A DNA stretch of 64,000 nt. Origin: Oikopleura dioica. Lineage: Eukaryota; Animalia; Chordata. The notes below the pieces were generated by a model, which saw only the letters and a program-made list of their open reading frames with translations, had not been told where the DNA came from and ran no database searches. The stretch covers positions 14,136,001 through 14,200,000 of the forward strand of contig OU015567.1 of the NCBI GenBank assembly GCA_907165135.1. Reading direction: 5' to 3'. Each line of letters opens with the position of its first letter. Positions within the stretch are counted from its first letter, which is position 1. Below are positions 58,616-64,000 of the stretch, in pieces. The position numbers were made by a program, and so were the translations under genes.

Positions 58616-59250
58616 TTATCAAGAAATCACGAACCGGAAAACAGAAACCTTCAATACCTTCATTGCCTATAGTAGCTAGGGCGAGGGAGGCACCACATAT
58701 CTTCAAGATCTTCATAACTTCTTTTCTTTTGAATTTTCCTTCTCTGGAAAAACAATCGCTGGCGTTCTTCCACCCGCTTCATCCGCCTTCCAGTGATCTC
58801 TCTATTAGCATGAAAATGGAAATCGAATCCAAAAATCTCTCTCTCTTTTGTGGTTTTGAGAAATCAAGGAGGACTTTGATTTCGGGATTTTTAAAGGTTA
58901 AACGATTAAATTTCTAATTTATCTTCTGGATTATTTTTTCAAGCCAGAGCGAATTATACTCATCCCTGGAAGAGCTTTCCAAAGAATCGCGCCTAGGGAC
59001 AGACTGCGCTCGCGCGCGCCATCTGCTGAAAGCGCGCTTTAATATATTTTCATTTTGTAATCAATTATCATTATTTACTCGCCGAATTTTTCCTGAATAA
59101 AATGAAGAATCTGTAAATAAAGCGATCTACCCAAAAAACGCAGTAGTTCTTCATCATCGCAAGGAAGAAAGATAGAAAACAGACAAGAGATGGAGTTGTT
59201 AATGAAAATCGAGCTTTATTAATAAATAATAAATCAAGTACACTTATAAA

Positions 59251-60081
59251 TTAGTCAAGACGGGGCGTAGCATTGTCGACCTGGGAGAGAAAGCTGTGAT
59301 TCAAAGGAATGATCGGTCCAGTCACTTCTTCCTTCTTGTACTTGGCGTATCTTTCCTCCTCTGATGGTGTTCCATAAGCGAGTCGGCTGATAATTACAGT
59401 AAAATTCGGAAAGCCTCAATAAAAATTATACCTCGTTGATTGATAATCGTAATTCTTTCGATAATCCAGAGGATCAAACTCAGGCTGGTGTCTGGGAAAC
59501 GATCGAGTGGTTGTTTTGGACTCTTCGAGCTGCGAAAGTCTTTGTTGATTTCGCTCTTTTTGGTCGTTTTTGTTGTAGCCAATTCGGTAGGACGAGTTCC
59601 ACTGCTCTAAGATTTCTTTGTTCGGAATGGGCTTGCGTTTGTTGCATCTGAAAATGTTGGAGTTACTCGATAACGAAGAGGGAGGAAGGCTTACTCGGTG
59701 GAGTCCCATCGGATTTCGTTCCAGTTTCCGACCAGAGTGTTGTTTGAGTAGGAGTCCTCTTTGTTGGTGCATCGCCAGCCATACTTTGGAAATTTTGAAG
59801 AAAAAATTAAATTAATAAGGTTTTTGATATGATGGAACAAAGCAAAGTGGAATTTTATATAAAAATAAGACGAGTAAAATCATCATTATTTAGCTGATCT
59901 ACAAATAAAAGCGAAAAGATTTGATGATAAAGAAATATGTGTATGTATAGCTGAGAATCTGAATATTAACCTGTTGGAATTTGTTGAGGTCGTTGCTGTG
60001 CGTCCAGACCTCGCTGAAACCAGAAGCGCGAACTTCGGAGCGAAAGACCGACGATTCAACTGGCTTTGGCTTGCTGGCCAT
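59251..60081 (-). CDS. CFAP68: Cilia- and flagella-associated protein 68 (C11orf1/UPF0686 family)
   Basis: EVWTHSNDLNKFQQ|YGWRCTNKEDSYSNNTLVGNWNE and FPRHQPEFDP match the family motifs. Confidence 0.85.
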
Positions 60082-60873
60082 GGTGCTCCTTTCAAACTGA
60101 GCAACTCAAGCAGTCAGTCAGAACAACAAGATGCGGTTCTAGAGACAATTTAGAATCAAAGAAAGCGTTGCAAAGAAAAAAGCCACCGCGCTAAATGCTC
60201 CGGGTTCTATCAGTGCCGTCGGCGCTAGCGAGCTTATCCGCATTTGAGTATCTAATTTACCGGACGTTTATCTGGCCAGCGAACTAAAAACTTCGAATTG
60301 AACTTTTTTAAAAATTAATTTGAGAGTCAGAGAGATCAAATCATGAAGCAAGCTAGGTGTAATGCCGATTTGATTTTTGCAGCGAAAGAAATGGACATTG
60401 TTTGCCCGGGTAAGTTGCGGATTAATGTTTAAAATCGGGATTGCAGTCATGAACGAGATCTTAAAAATCAGACAGATTAAGGTCTTCTCATAAAAGCTAA
60501 ATCGAAAATTTCGAATAAGAACTTTCCAAATTTCATCTAATTCGCAGAATAATACCAATAAGAAAGCTTTGACTAAGGACTGATTAAAATTTATGATTAA
60601 AACAATTAATGGCGTAAGTAATGGACAAAACTATCATTAGTTCGCCATGAATGTCTTGAAGACTTCGATTCAAAATATCAATGATATTGGTAATCCTCCA
60701 ATGCAACAACTCTAAATGATTGTTCTTGGTCGGTTGGTGGTATTTTTGGTGGAAACCAAAGGCGACCTTTTCTCTGCCCCATTTTACCACCTTGATGTGG
60801 CGTAGAAAAGTTAAACTTAATTGAAAGAAACCTTGCTATTTCAATTCTAGTTCTTACTCCTTGATTTTTTAAG

Positions 60874-61606
60874 GCTCTGGCGGAGTTACCGACGTTAAGA
60901 CTTCACAAGTTTGCAAGCTCGAATGTATAGCAGCACATGCGATTCCGCCAGAAATTACCTGCACTTCTGGGGGATGGGACTTTTCTGATTCGGTACCTAT
61001 CGCATTCGAAATATTTATAACCAGCCTTGATACTAGCCTGTCTGCGATGCTACAGCTGGAGGAGTCAACCCAGCCGGGCAAATTGGATTGATTATTTTCA
61101 TCCTTGCGTCTCTTTCTATTGGCACTTTCTTCTATCAAAGACACAGGAGAAAAAAGGTTACTCGATTTCAAAATTCTTCGGCGAACCCATCATTTTCAGG
61201 AACAAGCAAATCCACAAGCGAAAGAAGCTAAAACAACAGATGGAAACACTGACCATAAATACTTCGACAAAAAGACAGTCGTCGGAATGGGCAAAGACGG
61301 ACTTGATAATTTGCAGACTGTGAAGGCAAATGCACTCAGTCCCCTGCCACAGCCAAAATCGGAAAGCGTCACAAAAGAGAGTTCAAGTGAAAAAGTTGCC
61401 TCTTTGGGAAGGAGAAGCCACACGGCTAGATATTCGGATATTAAGATTTCAGAGAACTAAGGGTATTTTGCACGAGGGAGAAAGACCTAAAGCATGGGTG
61501 AAACTAATGAAAGCAGACTTTTGTGACGCTGAATTCTAGCGCCCAGCAGGAGGCTATCATCCGGCTGGAAAAGGCATTCACGACTTCATGGGAACCTGTA
61601 CGATAG
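60874..61606 (+). CDS. 3' part of a type I membrane protein with a Sushi/CCP-like domain
   Basis: CKLEC..PPEITCTSGGW..|PVC, TM IGLIIFILASLSIGTFFY, stop-transfer RHRRKK, cytoplasmic exons to TAG 61606. Confidence 0.55.
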
Positions 61607-62082
61607 GCACGATTTCCGAAAAGCGTTAAAACTTCAAATTTCAAATATAATTCTGTTCATTTCTGTCGCATTTTTAAATAAAACTTCTCTCGATTTCGAG
61701 TTTTTGGTGGTCTGCCAATTGTATAAATATTAGGCTTGCAAAGTCTCTGTCGAGCTAAACACGTTTAAACACGTCGATGTAAACAAATTTGATCATAGAA
61801 GGAACATCTGTTTCATTTTCATCCCTTTTTATTTATTATTATTGAACTATAGCATTTATTGCAGAACGAAGGAAAAAATAGAAATCAAGGTAAACTGGGA
61901 CAGTATTCAACTAAAGTCAAAATATTCCACTGAAGAAAGAAGAAACTCTATAAAGAAGATGTATTTATTGTTGGGAAACAGGCTTCATACAGGCTGTTAT
62001 CACGAAAAGGGGATTTTTACACAAGTGATTTTCTTATAATAATATCGATTATTTGGAAAGCTAGGGCTTGATCGAAGGTGAT

Positions 62083-64000
62083 CTACAAGTTTATAACTCC
62101 TTGTTTAGATAAAGTATTGTCGTTGATGTCGAACGAGAGCTGCCAGTTGATTTGGGAAGGACGGCCTCCCACTAGAATCAATTGTGTAATGCGCGAAGAA
62201 GTTGATGAAACGGGGTTGAACGCAGGGAACTCGTTGCCTGATGGCTGTAATAGTTTTATTCTGAAAACGATGGTAAGAATGGGAAATGAAAGGGACCCGT
62301 ACCTGAAAGGTTTTGCAACTTTAGCATTGAACATTAAATTCTCGATAGGTGCTGGATTTGTCGAATCAAAAGTGACTAACAGTACAGAGACATCACTTCT
62401 GTCTGGAATTTTATTCTCTCCTCGGACAAGGATGACTCTGACTCCATCATCGTCAACAAGAGTTCTTGTCGTCGAAGAAGCCTGGAAATCAGCGAGATTG
62501 ACTTTGATTCCCGTCAAAGCCGCCACTTCGGATGGAGTTGGGCAGACAGCAATTTGGGGACTTGCTTGGCTCGTCATGGCGGATACAGAAGGTGCTGATG
62601 GATTAATATCGAGCAGAGTTGGCTGACTGAAAATTTTGCTAGAACTTCAGTAATCATCAAAATCGACGGGTAAAGGCAAAATTGTTAGCTGATGATAAAT
62701 GCATGCATAAATGAACAAAATCCTTTATAAAAACTACCTCTGCCAAGGATCGTAGCTAATAAATTGATTACGAGAAAATTCGTGAGACTTACGGTGCTCC
62801 TCCTATTGGAGAGGACCCAAATATGCTGTTCAGAGTTTTCAAATCGTCGATCACATTTCCACTACTTTGAGCTGGTCTGTTCGATGGAGGATCGTCCTCG
62901 AGGCCGAGAAGATTCAAGTCGACGCCGAGGTCGTGGAGGCGAGAAGTTTGGGTATCAGGACTTGATGTTGCAGTGAGGCCAGATGATGGAACGCTGCTGC
63001 CATTTGAAGTTGGCGTAGAAGCGCTAGAATGCAATAATAGGGAGGAAATATGAGAAAGAATTTACTTCGAAAGCTCCACTACATCGGGGTATTTATCTTT
63101 CACGACATTGATGACTCGATTGACTTCATCTGTTAACCTGAGGACCGCCATCAACTCATCGTTGTTTTCATTTGCTTCTGACGCGAGACGGAAGAGCTGT
63201 GGCCTCATTGATTCCAAGTCCGAATAGACTGTTGCCATCGCCGATTTCGCTCTTTATTCAGAGTGTTAAAAAATGAGAGAAGAACTTGGCCTTACGTAGC
63301 TCCAGCAGCAATCATATCATCCATGAGCATGTATTTTTCCTTCGCTTCTGTCATCAAAAGCATCTTGCGCGCCTCTCGCTCGGTCTTTTTACTGTCTTGC
63401 TCGTACATGGTTTTGATCATTTCATTTGCAAGGGCGATGTCTTCTGGATTCTTGGACGCAAGAAGTTCCGCCAGTCGCTTTTCCTCAGCATCGTCTTTTA
63501 TTAATGCGCACCTGAACAATGTTTCAACACTGACTTTGATTAAATTGGTACCTTTCTTTTGGTTGAGGAGTAGGGAGAAATCGTCTGTCGTCAAATTTTG
63601 GGTCCTTTTTGACGATGCCTTGTTTCTTCAGCATTGAATACGCATCAGCAATCTTTATTTGATCTAAAGTCAAAGTCAGTAGCTGTAAGAATAAGAAAGG
63701 CTCAACCTTTTAATGCAATAGTCCAGCCATACATCAATTCAATAATTCTAGTTTTAACCTGCGGTGATGACCTAAAAACAACATTAAATTTGATCGAGTG
63801 GCTTTTCTTTATGAGTTTACCTTGGTCCAAGATATTTTGGAGAGACAACGCGGATAAGTTCATTTAAAAATCTATATTTTCCGATTTCATTGTGAAAGAG
63901 TTTTCCAGAGGATCGAACGCAGATTTCCAACAGATCCAGGCCTCGGACAGCTTCTTTTTCTAACGGGCTTTGGATCTTGTAAGCCAACAATTGTTGTGCA
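62083..64000 (-). CDS. GGA: ADP-ribosylation factor-binding protein GGA (VHS-GAT-hinge-GAE), 5' end beyond the window
   Basis: VHS LLAYKIQSP..EIGKYRFLNELIRVVSPKYLG; GAT LAELLASKNPEDIALANEMIK; GAE KLLQPSGNEFPAFNP. Confidence 0.92.

Overview
Compact, intron-rich animal genomic DNA. Introns are mostly ~40-85 nt and some have GA/GC donors, which fits a larvacean tunicate such as Oikopleura (inference from gene architecture only). Four zones. (1) 1-~19.4 kb, open to the left: a dense, almost entirely minus-strand block of about 12 spliced orphan genes in which I recognise no conserved host gene. It has TATA+Inr promoters, overlapping genes, predicted membrane glycoproteins, a four-hairpin cluster, a YY1-site tandem array and a Pol III-like tRNA-derived RNA candidate. 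My lead hypothesis is an intron-containing endogenous nuclear DNA virus or large mobile element, but no viral hallmark gene is recognisable in this window. (2) 19.5-21.6 kb: host LRWD1/ORCA. (3) 22-42 kb: gene-poor and rich in inverted-repeat elements, namely several MITE families, a ~1 kb foldback palindrome, and a 6.2 kb element with 986-bp inverted repeats carrying a degenerate Ulp1/C48-like protease gene; a RhoGAP gene also lies here. (4) 42-64 kb: host genes, namely a secreted Cys-rich/Kelch-type protein, an SH3-RING protein, three tandem type I Baeyer-Villiger monooxygenases, a Kazal inhibitor, a solitary divergent H2B, two GPI-type paralogs, EGF-TM and Sushi-TM proteins, CFAP68 and GGA (open to the right). 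Exon structures were reconstructed by eye and are provisional.
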